From the NCBI GenBank assembly GCA_013239625.1, contig MU054323.1, positions 20,419,082 through 20,483,081 of the forward strand: a stretch of DNA of 64,000 nucleotides, written 5' to 3'. Position 1 is the stretch's first letter. Each line of letters starts with the position of its first letter. Under the pieces are notes generated by a model, which saw only the letters and a program-made list of their open reading frames with translations, was not told the origin of the DNA and searched no databases. Below are positions 47,045 through 58,329 of the stretch, piece after piece. The DNA comes from Lama guanicoe. Lineage: Eukaryota. The translations under genes and the position numbers were made by a program.

Positions 47045-47300
47045 GATTCATTCATTCATTCAGTACATATTTACTGAGTACTTACAATATGCCAAGCACT
47101 TCCAAGGTACTTGGGGTACAGAAGTGAACTAAGCACAAAAAGCTGTGCCCTCTTGGCACTTAAATTCTTGAGCAGGGGGCTGATAAATAAATGAGAAAAA
47201 CATTCGGTCTATCAGGTGATAATAGGTGCTATCGAGAAAAATTAAGCAGAGGAAGGGGAAAAGGAGGGCTTGGTTGAGGGGGATGTTGTGAAGTTAAAGG
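47045..47300 (-). mobile_element. L2a 3' end
   Basis: (ttca)n followed by tatttactgagtacttacaatatgccaagcact. Confidence 0.85.
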
Positions 47301-47609
47301 GGAGATCAGAGATTATAAGATCATAGAAACTCGGAGCTGGGAAAGTCTATGGAGGCTTTAGGCAGTGCGTAAATCATGGAAGCAAAAAAAGTTTTCATAG
47401 GAAGGGGTATTAGAGGGGGTTATATCTGGCAGATGGAGAGACTGAGGCTCAGAGAGGAAGCGTGACCTGCCCAAGGTGAAAAATCTGGAAGGCAGGGGCT
47501 GGCAGCCTTCAGTTCCAGGCCAACCCCACCCTTCCCTGCTCTGAAACCCCCTCCTTGGTCCTGGCAGGGGCTCTCCCTCAATTTGGCAGATTATGAACTC
47601 ACCAAATGC

Positions 47610-47965
47610 TGTTTACTTTTCTTCCTGGGCACATTTTCCAGCCCATCTTGCAATTACTGTGTGTAGTTACTGAGTTGTGGCCAGTGGATATTGGGCCAGA
47701 GTGATATACACAAATTCTGGGCCTGGCCCCTACAAATTTCCTGTATGATCTGTGTACTCCCCCTTCCCAATCTGTGCAACCAGAAGCACGGGACTCTAAA
47801 GCCCTAGAGGATGAGGAAGCCACTAAAACAAGGGTCCCAGATGACTGCATGAAAAGCACCCCGTCACCCGGCTTGGGATTGTGACATGAGTGAGTGTGTT
47901 ATGTGAAGCCATTGAGATTTGGGGGTTGTTTGTTATAGCAGCTAACTTACCCTAACTGATACACT
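47610..47965 (+). mobile_element. MLT1 solo LTR
   Basis: ttttccagcccatcttgcaatta...gagttgtggccagtgga...gaagccattgagatttgggggttgtttgttatagcagc...cctaactgataca. Confidence 0.8.
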
Positions 47966-48095
47966 CGCCATGACTGAACATAACTGAATATATGTCCTAC
48001 CAGCTTTAGCTCCCAACACTATGTGTAGGGGATGCTTGCTGTTTTCATCTTCCTAGGCAGAGCCCTTCTCAGTTTGCTTGGTCATAGCTCTCTCT

Positions 48096-48217
48096 CTCTT
48101 TTTAACTGAAGTATAGTCGATTTATAATGTTGTGTTAGTCTCTGGTGTACGGCACGGTGATTCAGTTATCACACACAGAAGCACATATATATCTATTCTG
48201 GTTCATTATAGTTACTA
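48096..48217 (-). mobile_element. Laurasiatherian/artiodactyl L1 extreme 3' end
   Basis: tttttaactgaagtatagtcgatttataatgttgtgttagtctctggtgtacggcacggtgattcagttat. Confidence 0.8.
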
Positions 48218-48229
48218 TACTCCCATTTT

Positions 48230-48705
48230 TATTAGGGGAGCCACCCCTCTTCTTGGTGAAGCTGTTTCTTATGGGGCCTCTTCACCACCACCCAGAGTGG
48301 GGCATGTGATCTAAGTGGCCACAGGCTATATAATCCTCTTGGCCAGTTGATTGATTCAGAGGGAGATACATTATAAGAGTCTTGCTTAACTTTTGGGCTT
48401 TGGATGCTGGAAAGAGAGTCTCTCCTCCTCCGAGATACTGAGTGATGAGGACCGAGGAAGTCTGAAGCTGCTGGAGCCATTGCCCAAGGACACAAGGAAG
48501 AAACCTTTGGCAGAACGAAGCTAGCACCTCGAGGAAAGTAGGCCAAAGGGCAGGAAGAAGATCCAACTCCACATCATTCCAATATTGCCTAAAGCCAGGC
48601 CTGCCTTCAGTTTTCCCAGTTACCAGAGCCAATGATCTTTAAAACAAAAATTAATCCAGTTCGAATTTCCATCACTTAGCACTGAAAGAGTTCTGATTAA
48701 TAAGG
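48230..48705 (+). mobile_element. MLT1 solo LTR
   Basis: gggcatgtgatctaag...gctgctggagccatt...ttttcccagttaccagagccaat...tcctgattaata-like end. Confidence 0.65.
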
Positions 48706-50119
48706 AATTATTGAACCAGTATGTATCGAGACCTACAGCTCATGCTGAGAGCCAGAGATCAGGTTAAATGGTGAGCAAATTAGACCCCAGCTGCTGGGGC
48801 CCCCGTCCCACATACAGATATATTTGGCAGGTGGGCCTGATGCCGATGTGAAGTCACAGAACAACCTGTCGAGAAGTGGGGCCTCATTTTTCTACTTTTT
48901 AGGTTGCTGACTTATCAGGATAAAAGAAGGAGTGCCTGCCTTTTCCTTTACCCTTCTGGAAAGCCCAACTTTAGTGAGTTCTTGAGGTTTAAGCTTTTCT
49001 TATCAGCATGAGAGAAGTAACAGTCTTTGGTCTGTGTTTCCGGCCAAATGGAGAAGTTGCCTGGCTTGGGTGGGCTGCCCTGTGATTTGGAGGGCCTGTG
49101 CCCATCGGGTGGTTTAACGGGGCATCTGTCAGGAGGGCCAAGAAAGGGGCATGATCTTCAGGGAGTGTGAGCCTGCTTGGTAAAGGAACAGTGTTGGAGG
49201 TTCTATGGGGCTAGGGGCCTGGACATCAGAGATCTGCCACCCAGAATTGCTGAGGTCCGGCCCTGGAGCGGGGCAGGGGCTGCCCTGTGCCTGCAGGACC
49301 TGGACCCTAGGTGCTGAGGCTCGGAAGCTTGAGAAAAGTCCCTGGGCCAAGTTGGCCTCAGAGTCAAAGTACACCCTCCGCGTGGGCCGTGTGGCAGCAG
49401 GGACAACCATGGATTGACAGTTAAGCCCCTGCTATCTATTTTCATAGGCCGGGCATAGCCTAGGGTCCATTTCTAACCTTCTTCATCAACTTTCCATCAT
49501 CATGACAAATGCAAGTTTTAGCTAGATGTAACTTTTTGGGGGAAATTAAAAAATGCAACATTTCTTGCACCTTAAATTTTGTAGAGTGATTAATATCTCT
49601 ATATGTTTAATTACAAATTGTTACAAATTATGAAAGGAAATTACCAGGATCCATGAATCCATATAACTGAATCTAATCAATTCTATGGGAATAAATGATG
49701 CTTTTAACTCAGTGAGGGACTTGCTCTAGAAACCTCTTTGGGTGCAGTTTAGTCTCAGGTTAAATGGTGTTTGGGGACTCTCATGGTTCCTAGAATTTGT
49801 TTTCTATCAAGACAGATTATAATGATCACTTATGTGCAAGAGCTTTGAGCTCTCTTAATCCTCATCACTCGATATCTCAGAGGAAGAGAAACTCTCTTCA
49901 GCATCCATAAACCAAATCTCAAGAAAAACTCTCCTTAGTATCATTGGGTTGTGTCCATCCCTGAACCAATCAGTTGGTCAAGAGGATTGGAATGGCCAGC
50001 CTAGATGACCTGATTCCATCTCACCACAGCCTTCTAAGGTAAGTATCATTGTCTCCATTTGACAGATGAGCAAACTGATCTGGAAACAGGTTACTCATCC
50101 AAAGTTGCAGAGGATATTA

Positions 50120-50490
50120 TTATTGCTCACCAACACCTAGTTCCCTGCTCTTTCTGGGAACATGGGAGGATGGTACTTCCCAGCCCTCTTGAAGTTAGAT
50201 GAGGTCATGTGACTTTCATATGAATAGACATGAGATGGGGCACTCCCCAGTGGAAGCACTGAATTGCTGGTGCTTGACCTCAAGTTCTCTCCCCTCTCCA
50301 CAGTGTTAGAGGAAGGCTGTGTCGATCTGGAGGTGCACCACAGAGTCTTCACACACAGGGCAGTGGCAGAGAGCCGCCCAGACGTGTAACAAGGCTTTGG
50401 GTCAATGAGTAGTCCTTTGTTGTTTTAAGCCACTGGGATTTGGGGGATTATTTGTTCCTGCAGCATAACTTAGCCTATCCTGATTGATGT
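50120..50490 (+). mobile_element. MLT1 LTR inserted into an antisense MIR (MIR pieces ~50020-50115 and ~50492-50580)
   Basis: ccccttgaagttagatgaggtcatgtgact-like block, ctttgttgttttaagccactgggatttgggg, gcataacttagcctatcctgattga. The flanks continue one MIR. Confidence 0.75.
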
Positions 50491-51129
50491 AAACATCACT
50501 CAGCAAATAAGCAGCAGAGCTACAATTTGAACCAAAGTGGGTCTGGTCTCAAAGCCTGTGTTCATAACCACTTCACCACATTGCCACCATTCTTTGGGAT
50601 GTATCTTTCCCAAAAGTTGCAGTTCTCCTAACTCTAGTGTTCCGTGTAACTTCTGCCGAGTTTTGACCTCCAAGGGACGCAGCTCTCTTTGTCAGCTTTC
50701 GTAGACTTCCTGTGTAGCATATTTCTCCTCATTCTCATCGAATGAAGTTTGGCAAAAAACAAGGGATTTGCCTTCAGAAGCAGCCAGCACACCTAACACG
50801 GATGTGAGCGGCTCCTCCCTCCCGCTCTCCCCCAGCCAGTCTCTGCCCCTCACTGTGGTCCCCTGATTCCTGCTGGAGGCTCTTTGGGAGAGGATCTGGT
50901 TGGAAGCCCAGGGGTACTCCTAGAGTCGTGCCATGGAGACCATGCAGGCCGTCGCTCTGCCGTCCACTGGGGAGGAGTGCAAGGTCAGACAGCCATTGGA
51001 GTGACGGAGGATCCAGGAGTCTCTGAGACGCTGAAGAGATGGGGCCGAAACCCCAACAGGAAAGCCCGAGTTTCCCCATCAGTGGTTTGATGTCACTGGT
51101 CTGGAGTGCAGGCCTGAATATATACATTA

Positions 51130-51525
51130 CACTTTATTCTTTAGAACTGTCTTAGATTTACATTAAAATCAAGCGTACAGTACAAAGAGTTCCTGTATAG
51201 CCCCTTGTCCCTTGCACAGTTTCTCTAGTACCAGCATCGTGCATCGTTACAATAAATGAACCAATATTGATAGACCGTTACTGACTAAAGTCCATGCTAT
51301 ATTCAGGGTCCCTTTGTTTTTATCTAATGTTCCCTTTTCATCCCGGGATCCCATCCAGGATATCATATTACGTTTGATCCTCACGTCCCCCTGGGTCCAT
51401 GGCATTTTCTCTGACTTACCTTGCTTTTGAGAACTTAGACAGTTTTGAGGAAGGCTGGTTGGCTATATCATTGGATGTCTCTCTACTGGAATTTGCTAGT
51501 TTCTCTCATGATTAGACTGGGATTT
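51130..51525 (-). mobile_element. L1MC-type 3' fragment
   Basis: gttacaataaatgaaccaatattgata...ctaaagtccat...gggatcccatccaggat...ctcatgattagactggg. Confidence 0.8.
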
Positions 51526-51989
51526 TGAGGGGCTTTTTTTGAGCAGGAATATTTTGAAAAGCTTTTCCTGGTGATTCTCATTTGCAGCCAGGGTTACCCA
51601 GATGATTAGCTCACAAGGGACAGGCTCTTGCTTCCCCCGGGGCTGGGCACACAGAGAGGCTAATACAGACCTGCTGATTGTGACAAGACTCAGACCTCCC
51701 TCCTTCTCCTGGAAGCATCGATATAATTGACCCTGTGACTGCTTAGTTGGAGTTGAGCCTATTCACTCACTATTGTTTCAGAGAAAGGTGAGTAGCCCCT
51801 AGGCAAGAGGAGAAGAGGGTGCCCCTACAGCTCCAGGGTGACCAGTCGGGGACAGAGCAGGGGTCTGGGAGGTGGTGAGCCCTCATAACAACAGGGAGAA
51901 CATTCATGGCCATTGTGTCTGATCTTTAGCTACCCTCTAAATCACCACGCTAATTCATCACTCAAAGGCCCTTCTCAACTCCCTTCCCG

Positions 51990-52445
51990 CTTGCCTCTTC
52001 GAACCATAGACGCTGGAAGAGTGCCTCTTTTGTGGCATGAAATGATCACATAACCCAGTTCTGGCTAATAAGATGTAAGAAAAAATTGCTGGGAATTATG
52101 GGGCATGGAGATGGAAAAGCTTCTGAGAAAAATTTTTCATCCCTGATAAAATAGAAAAGCACATGAAGAGGGCTCTTTCCACTTTGACCATCACCCTACA
52201 TCCTGACTTTGGAGGAAGTCTTAAGATGTGATGTCTGGAGCTGTGGCAACCATTTTGTAACCATAAGAGAGAGGGGAGAGGGAGAGAATTTGGATCCTCA
52301 TGCAAAGACCTGGCATCTTGAAGCTGTAAAGCCAGCTTGATAACCGCCACTTCCAGACTTCTTAGTAAGCAACTCTCCTTATGGTTGAAGTCCCTGTTAG
52401 TCAGAGTTTCTATTATTTGCAGAAAAAGGCACGGGCTCTTATAGG
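51990..52445 (+). mobile_element. MLT1 solo LTR
   Basis: cccagttctggctaataagatgtaaga...gatgtgatgtctggagctgtggcaaccattttgtaaccat...cttccagacttctt. Confidence 0.75.
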
Positions 52446-53064
52446 CATCATCCTTAGAGTACAGATGAGACCTGGAGAGGTTAGAGACTTGCCTGAGATG
52501 TCCTGATGTGGAAGGATGGGCTCTCTCAGGGAGTGGCTGAGCAAAGAGTGGTGGTGTAGCTATGGATATGAAAGGGGATGACCTGCGACAGAGGTGGGGC
52601 ATCTGGAACACCAGGAGAGGAGTAGGGAGCCTGCAAGTTTCTGAGCATGTGGGAAAGGGTAGTTGGAGGAGGCACAGGGAAGGTTTGGGGGGACTTTGGC
52701 CAGAAAGCACACATGTAAACTTGCAGGTGAAACAACAAAGGGCAGCCGCCTTCCAGCAGGGACTTCCTTACGGCTGTCTCCAGAGAGCCTGCAGGAAGGA
52801 AGGAAAGGCAGTGGCTGGGATTCAACGTAGACCAAAAGGACCTAAATTTAGATCAGACATCCAGGGAGATGCTAGGAAATCCACTCGCAGTTATCTCTCT
52901 GCAATGCTGTGACCTGCAGAGCACATCCAGCTACAGTTACTTGCATGACCACCACCACCCCCAGCCCCCAGCAGTCCTTCATGTTGGCAGGGGTGAGAAC
53001 AGACATTTACAGGTGAGGCCACAACAGCTCAAAGCCACATGGCGGAGAAAGGCCAGAACCGTGG

Positions 53065-53257
53065 TCTCATGGGTGCTGGTCTCCACCATCTCTCTGGGAG
53101 GGGAAAAGCAGTAGCCTAGATTTGTAGTATTTGCTCATTTCTGTGATATAAATGCTTCATGGATGATTTTGCCAACATTTAAACAACCTTCCCGCAAAAC
53201 TGGGGGCATTTAACCAAGGGGTCTTTGAGGCCATGGAGCCTGCTCCAGCACACACTG
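53065..53257. mobile_element. MER63-like hAT-Blackjack element
   Basis: gatttgtagtatttgctcatttctgtgatataaat...tttaaacaacc...gctccagcacacactg terminus. Confidence 0.6.
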
Positions 53258-53989
53258 CTTTAGACACTGCCAGCCACGACCCCCTGCCCCCGTCTCCTGT
53301 TCGTCGGCTTAGTTCAGGCCCACAGGCCCCTCGGTCGTTCTGGTGGCAGGTCTGTCCCCCTCCCACCCTGATGCTGGGTGTGGGGTTTCAGCTCTTGGTC
53401 CTACGGCTTGATGCTTTCGGGTGTGTCCCTGCCCTCTGGTTTGCCACCTCTGCTTTCCCTTAATCCTGACCCTAAGTTCCTGCCTCTGGCCCCTCTTGGT
53501 AATTGGCTGGATGACTTGTTGCGGGAACCATTCCCTCCTACCTTGTCACTGCCAGACTGCCTGGACCAGCCCTGGGGCCACGTGTGTGAGGTAACATTCC
53601 ATCCCTGGACTTGAGAGTGGGGCATCTGCATGGCTGCAGATGAAAAGGCCCTGGCATCTCACTCTGAATTTCTTTCATTTTCTGTATGTCACACTCTTCC
53701 CTCATGGAGCTCTGAGACTCCCCTCAAAGCCTGGAATCCCTCCCATCTTTCTAAGTGCAACCGTCTTCCCTGCCCTCATGTGCTCATTTTCTCTCCCTCA
53801 CGGAGTGAATGAATATACCTCAACTTGACCCACAGCTCCTCCAGCTCTCTGGGACCTCTGTCCTCTGCACCCCTCCCCTTTGGATCCATCTATATGCATC
53901 TACTGTCCTGTGTCTAAAACTTACTCTCCCATGTCCCCTCCTTGCCTTTATTAAGGTCTTCTCACCATTCCACGACCCAAATCTTAACC

Positions 53990-54285
53990 ATCACTACAAA
54001 GGTTTATGTCAAACACTGCCACCTCCAAATCCCACTCCTGCAGTCCCACTAAACTTCCAGTCCAGCATCTCAGCATGCTGGAGTGTCACTTCCTCCAGGA
54101 AGCCTTCCCCGATCTCCTCCCGTCTTTGCATCCTAAACGAACCTTGATTGAAACTCTCTTCCCACTGTGGTATAACCATTTATCTTCTGGTCTCTCCCAT
54201 TAGGGAGTGGTTTTCTGGGAAGACGAACTGTCACTGTCCTGAAACCTAGCACATTGCCTGGCACGTGGTCAGTACCCCATGAACA
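53990..54285 (+). mobile_element. L2 3' fragment
   Basis: gtcacttcctccaggaagccttcccc...cctagcacattgcctggcacgtgg. Confidence 0.7.
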
Positions 54286-54860
54286 GGGTTTGCTTTGGTG
54301 CCGCCTGGGGTAAATGGTTTTTCTCTCACAGCACTCTAAAAGCACTTCTGGTTGGAGTGCCTCCCAGCTCCTCTACTGGAGTGGAAGTTTCCTAAGGCCA
54401 AGAACCCATCCTGTTCCTCAGGGCCCCTCCCAACATGTAGCTTCAGGCAGGTCCTGATGCTGGAGCACGATAGATAGTTGGAGGAGGGCGGGCAGAATCA
54501 GGTGTGTCCTATATTCTTCAGGCACCTGTGACTTGGCATCTCAAGAGGTAATTAAGTTTAAGATAGTTTTTGTACATACTCGCGAGTCCTACCCTGATGA
54601 TGAAGACCCTTGGAGGGGCAGGGGGCCGTGCGTTCTTCATGGAAGCTGGTGTCAGGACAGCCAGCTGGAGCAAAGGCTGCAGGGCTGGGAGCTGGGCTGG
54701 CCAGTTCCTGAATGGCCCATCCCATCCCAGAGAGGCCAAAGGAATCTTTGAATGGTTCTGAGGGGCTGGGGAGGGCTTATGAGGGCGGGGCAAGCCCTCT
54801 CCTCCACCCCTCCACCCACTGGCCGGCCTCCTTAGCAGGGAACATGGACTCTGGCTCCCA

Positions 54861-54994
54861 GCTGGAACCCCACGAGCAGAAATGTTCTTTTGGTTTTCCT
54901 GTTGGAATCCCGCGAGCAGGAATGTTCTCGTGGTTTTCCTGTTGGAATCCTTGGGGCAGGAATGTTCTCGTGGGTTTCCTGTTGGAATTCCATG
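54861..54994. repeat. 40-bp minisatellite, ~3.3 copies
   Basis: Unit GTTGGAATCCCGCGAGCAGGAATGTTCTCGTGGTTTTCCT at 54861, 54901, 54941, with a partial copy at 54981. Confidence 0.92.
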
Positions 54995-56029
54995 AAAAGC
55001 ACTTTCATTCTTCCAGCCTCATGCCCCTGAAGTTTCAGGGGCATGGGGTCTTGAGGGATTCCCAAGCCCTGCCCCTCCCAGGCTCTGCCCGCGGGCTCTG
55101 GGGGGCCAATGAGTGTGGAAACCTCCTGGCGGAGGGACTGCTAGGCCACAGACAATGCTGCTGCTGCAATTTCTGAGCTAAGCTGTGGTCATTTCTGTCC
55201 TGCTGCTATAGACGAGGTCCACTGGAAGGTGGCCAGCCCTGGTCCTGGGTGACGAGATAGGATGGGGTGGCGCTGAGGTGGGAGCCACAGTGCCTGGCTC
55301 TGGACCCTAGCCACTTGGTGGTTGGCTATAGACATATCTGAAACTCTCTGAGCCTCAGTTTCCTCATCTGGATGGTAATCAAATCTATGTCATAGAATTG
55401 TGGGTGGGGGCAGTGATAAATGATATAACTCTGCCCATCTTCTTCCACTGAGCCCAGGGCAAGGTTACTAAGCCGCACCCTCGGTGAGGTCCAGCCACCC
55501 TGTGGTGTCGCTGGGCAGAATCTCTCCTTTTCCTTTGCAATGTCTCATCCATCTCACAACTCCATTTCTGGGGTCCCTTCCTGCTCCCAATAGCTCTGGC
55601 CAGGTGTCAAAGGTCACATGCAGGTGCCCACGAGCCCTACCCCTGCCCTACCCACCTGCAGCCACCTCCCCTGAAATGCTTGGCAGGCTGAGGAGCCTCC
55701 TTTGGACCATGGGTGTTTGACGAAAGAGGCCAAAGGCTGAGGCCAGAGTGAATCAGGTCCAGCTGGCATGTCAACTTTACTGAGGCACAGCTCCTGGGAC
55801 AATGGCTCAGTGATTCTCCCACTGGGTGCCTCCCATCCCTGCTCTCCTCCCTCCTCTTCGTCCTCCTCCTCCTCCTCATCCCAGCCTCTTTCTGTTTCTC
55901 AAAGCACTTGTGTATTCACTTTTTTTCTGAATCCCTATGAAACCCTAGTTAGGCAGGTGAAGCATAGATCACCTTCCTCATTTAGGGAAGAAACTGAAGC
56001 TCAGACAGAATAATAATATCAGTAGTTAG

Positions 56030-56345
56030 TTTTTATGTTAATTAAAAATATTTTGTAATAGGTAAGTCACTCACATGGTTGATCAGACTTGTATGAAGAT
56101 GTGAACGGGCAAAAGCCCTGCTCCTACCCCATCCCCTCTCATCCTCCCAACCCGAGGTAACCCTGTTTACTAGTTTCTTAGGTATCCTTTCAGAGTATTC
56201 TCATGTAAATCCAAGCAAATAGAGCATGTGGTCTGCTTTCCGTATTCTCTGCCCTGAGGGTAGCATCCTACATGCCACGCTTTCCACTCAACATCCATCT
56301 TGGCCATCTCTCCCCATCATTTCCTGGAGGGTGTCTCTGTTCCTT
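56030..56345 (-). mobile_element. L1ME 3' fragment
   Basis: gaggtaaccctgtttactagtttcttaggtatcctttcagag...tttccactcaaca. Confidence 0.6.
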
Positions 56346-56364
56346 TACCATCAATGACCACCCG

Positions 56365-56530
56365 CCTTGAGCATTTGCTACCGCCAGGCACTGAGCTGAA
56401 GGATCGATGTGGATGACTTTATTTCATCATCACATCAACCTAAATGCCTGGGGGGCTGTTATCATCCCCCTTTACAGATGAGAAAACCGAGGTATAGGGA
56501 GTTAACTTCATCCAGGGGACATGACATCTG
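56365..56530 (-). mobile_element. MIR SINE
   Basis: ttatcatcccccttttacagatgagaaaaccgagg-like core. Confidence 0.7.
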
Positions 56531-57704
56531 GTTCCAGAAACAGCTCTGTCATACGCCCGTGCTGCCTCGAGGTTCTGGAAGGGCCAGTCTCTTGATTTTG
56601 TGCACCTCCCAGGGAGTGGTTTGAATGCAAACACCCAGCTCTGCTGAAAGCCAGTCTTTAGGCTGCCAGTGAACACACACCCAATTGCTCTGTCTCACCA
56701 CCCACGAAAGGAACGGGTCAGAGTGTTATGTAAGTGGTTAGATGTATGCCATTGTCTCACCGAATCCCCAAGATGTAAAAATTATTATTCCCATTTTCTG
56801 GAGGAGGGAAGTGAAGGTCTGAGTGGGTGAGTGACTCTTGTAAAGGGATCGAGCCAGGATGACAGCTCAGGTCTCCGGACTTCCTCCCAGCAGCCCGTAT
56901 AGTCTGACTCGACTCCCCTTCCTCCACTTGCCTTCTGAGACGGGAGGCGTTGCTACCCGGGCTGCTCTCTGGGTCCCAAAATGGCAGCTGTGGAGACAGA
57001 GCAGGCTGTGGGTCAGCATAGGTGGGTGGTGGGGAGGTGCTTCTTGAAGGCTGTGAAGAGGGAGGGAGATCTGTCCCCTCCCCTGGGGCAGGAGCATCAG
57101 ACCCCTTACAGGGATGCCGGAGCAGCTGACGTGGCTGCTGAGAGCCCTTCCTCACAAGGAGCTGGCTTCTCTGATCAGGCAGGATGACGGACAGATTCTG
57201 CTTGGTTTCTTGCTCCTCCCGTAAACGCGCGGGGACTAGGGTAGGCCTGGAGTCGCCTGCTGGCCTATCTGGCTGCAGTTCTGCTCCTCTGGGCTCTGGG
57301 CTTTCCAAACCGTCCCATCACAGGAAAGGCATTCCCAGGGTGGGGAGGCTTAGGGCTTGGTGGGAGGCTGACCTGTGTCCCAGGGAAGTGAACCAGGGAT
57401 ATGTAGCCATTAGCAGAAGGGCTCTGTTCTCCCCATGTTCAGGCTCTTCGTGATGTCTGTGTTGGGGTCAGCACCAAGGGTGCCACAGGTGGGTCAGGGT
57501 GATCTCAAGACCCATCCAGCTTTGGGACATACAGTTTCCTTAACTCTGCGCGGCCTCCCTCTGGCCTCTTCTCACCAGCTTCCTCTGACTTCCCGTCCTG
57601 CCTGCTGTCTGCTCTTCTTCCCACCATCCCCAGCTCCGCCTCTCTCCCGGGAGTTCTGGCAGTGACAACCACCATTTACTGACCACATGCGTTAAAGCTG
57701 CCAT

Positions 57705-57880
57705 TTGTCAAGCCCTCACTGTGTGCCAGGCATGCATGAGCATTTTACACACATGCACACTAGGTCAATTAATCTTCGGAACACCCAAGGGAGGAAGGTG
57801 CTATTATATCTCCTTTTTGCAGATGAAGAAACTGAGAAATGAAGAGACCTGTTCCAGGTCACGCAGCAGTGGGTGTGGGG
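57705..57880 (-). mobile_element. MIR SINE
   Basis: tgtgtgccaggc...tttttgcagatgaagaaactgaga...aggtcacgcagc. Confidence 0.7.
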
Positions 57881-58283
57881 AAGGTCTGAGCAAGTGTGGA
57901 CTGAGCTGAGGTCCCAGGGGCGTGGAAGGAGCAGGAAAGCAGCTTCCCGGTGGGTCGTGGAGGCTGGTGTCCAGCTGCCTTCTGGAGACTCCAGGTTCTC
58001 ACCCCGCCTCTAGGGCGCGTGCCGAGGACCCGATGGAGAAAGAAAACGGCCCACTGTGTGTGTCCCTCTATTCTTGTTCTTGTGAGCGGTCACCCTGCAG
58101 TCTGTCCTGAGAGTTGTGAGCTGGGGTTGGGAGGTGGGGGTCAACTCTCCCTCACTTTCTGTCTTTCCATCCCTCTGCATCTTTATGTTTCTGTTTCCTA
58201 TTTCTCTGTCTCACTAGGATCTCTGTCTCTCTAGAGAGATCCATCCATCTTTATCTCTTTGTCCTGGCAGAGGGCAGGGGGAG

Positions 58284-58329
58284 GCCTCTGGAGCCCAGAT
58301 GGGGTCGCCTCTGGAGCCCAGATGGGGTC
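58284..58329. repeat. Perfect 23-bp tandem duplication
   Basis: GCCTCTGGAGCCCAGATGGGGTC at 58284-58306 and 58307-58329. Confidence 0.95.

Noticed and set aside
52096..52710. 204-aa minus-strand ORF
   Set aside because: Overlaps an MLT1 LTR, has no real ATG start and no recognisable protein family.
54861..54994. CRISPR-like array
   Set aside because: Contiguous tandem units without unique spacers, mammalian context, no cas genes.
58003..58020. Second CTCF site (CCGCCTCTAGGGCGCG)
   Set aside because: Spacing does not fit the 14-bp core on either strand.
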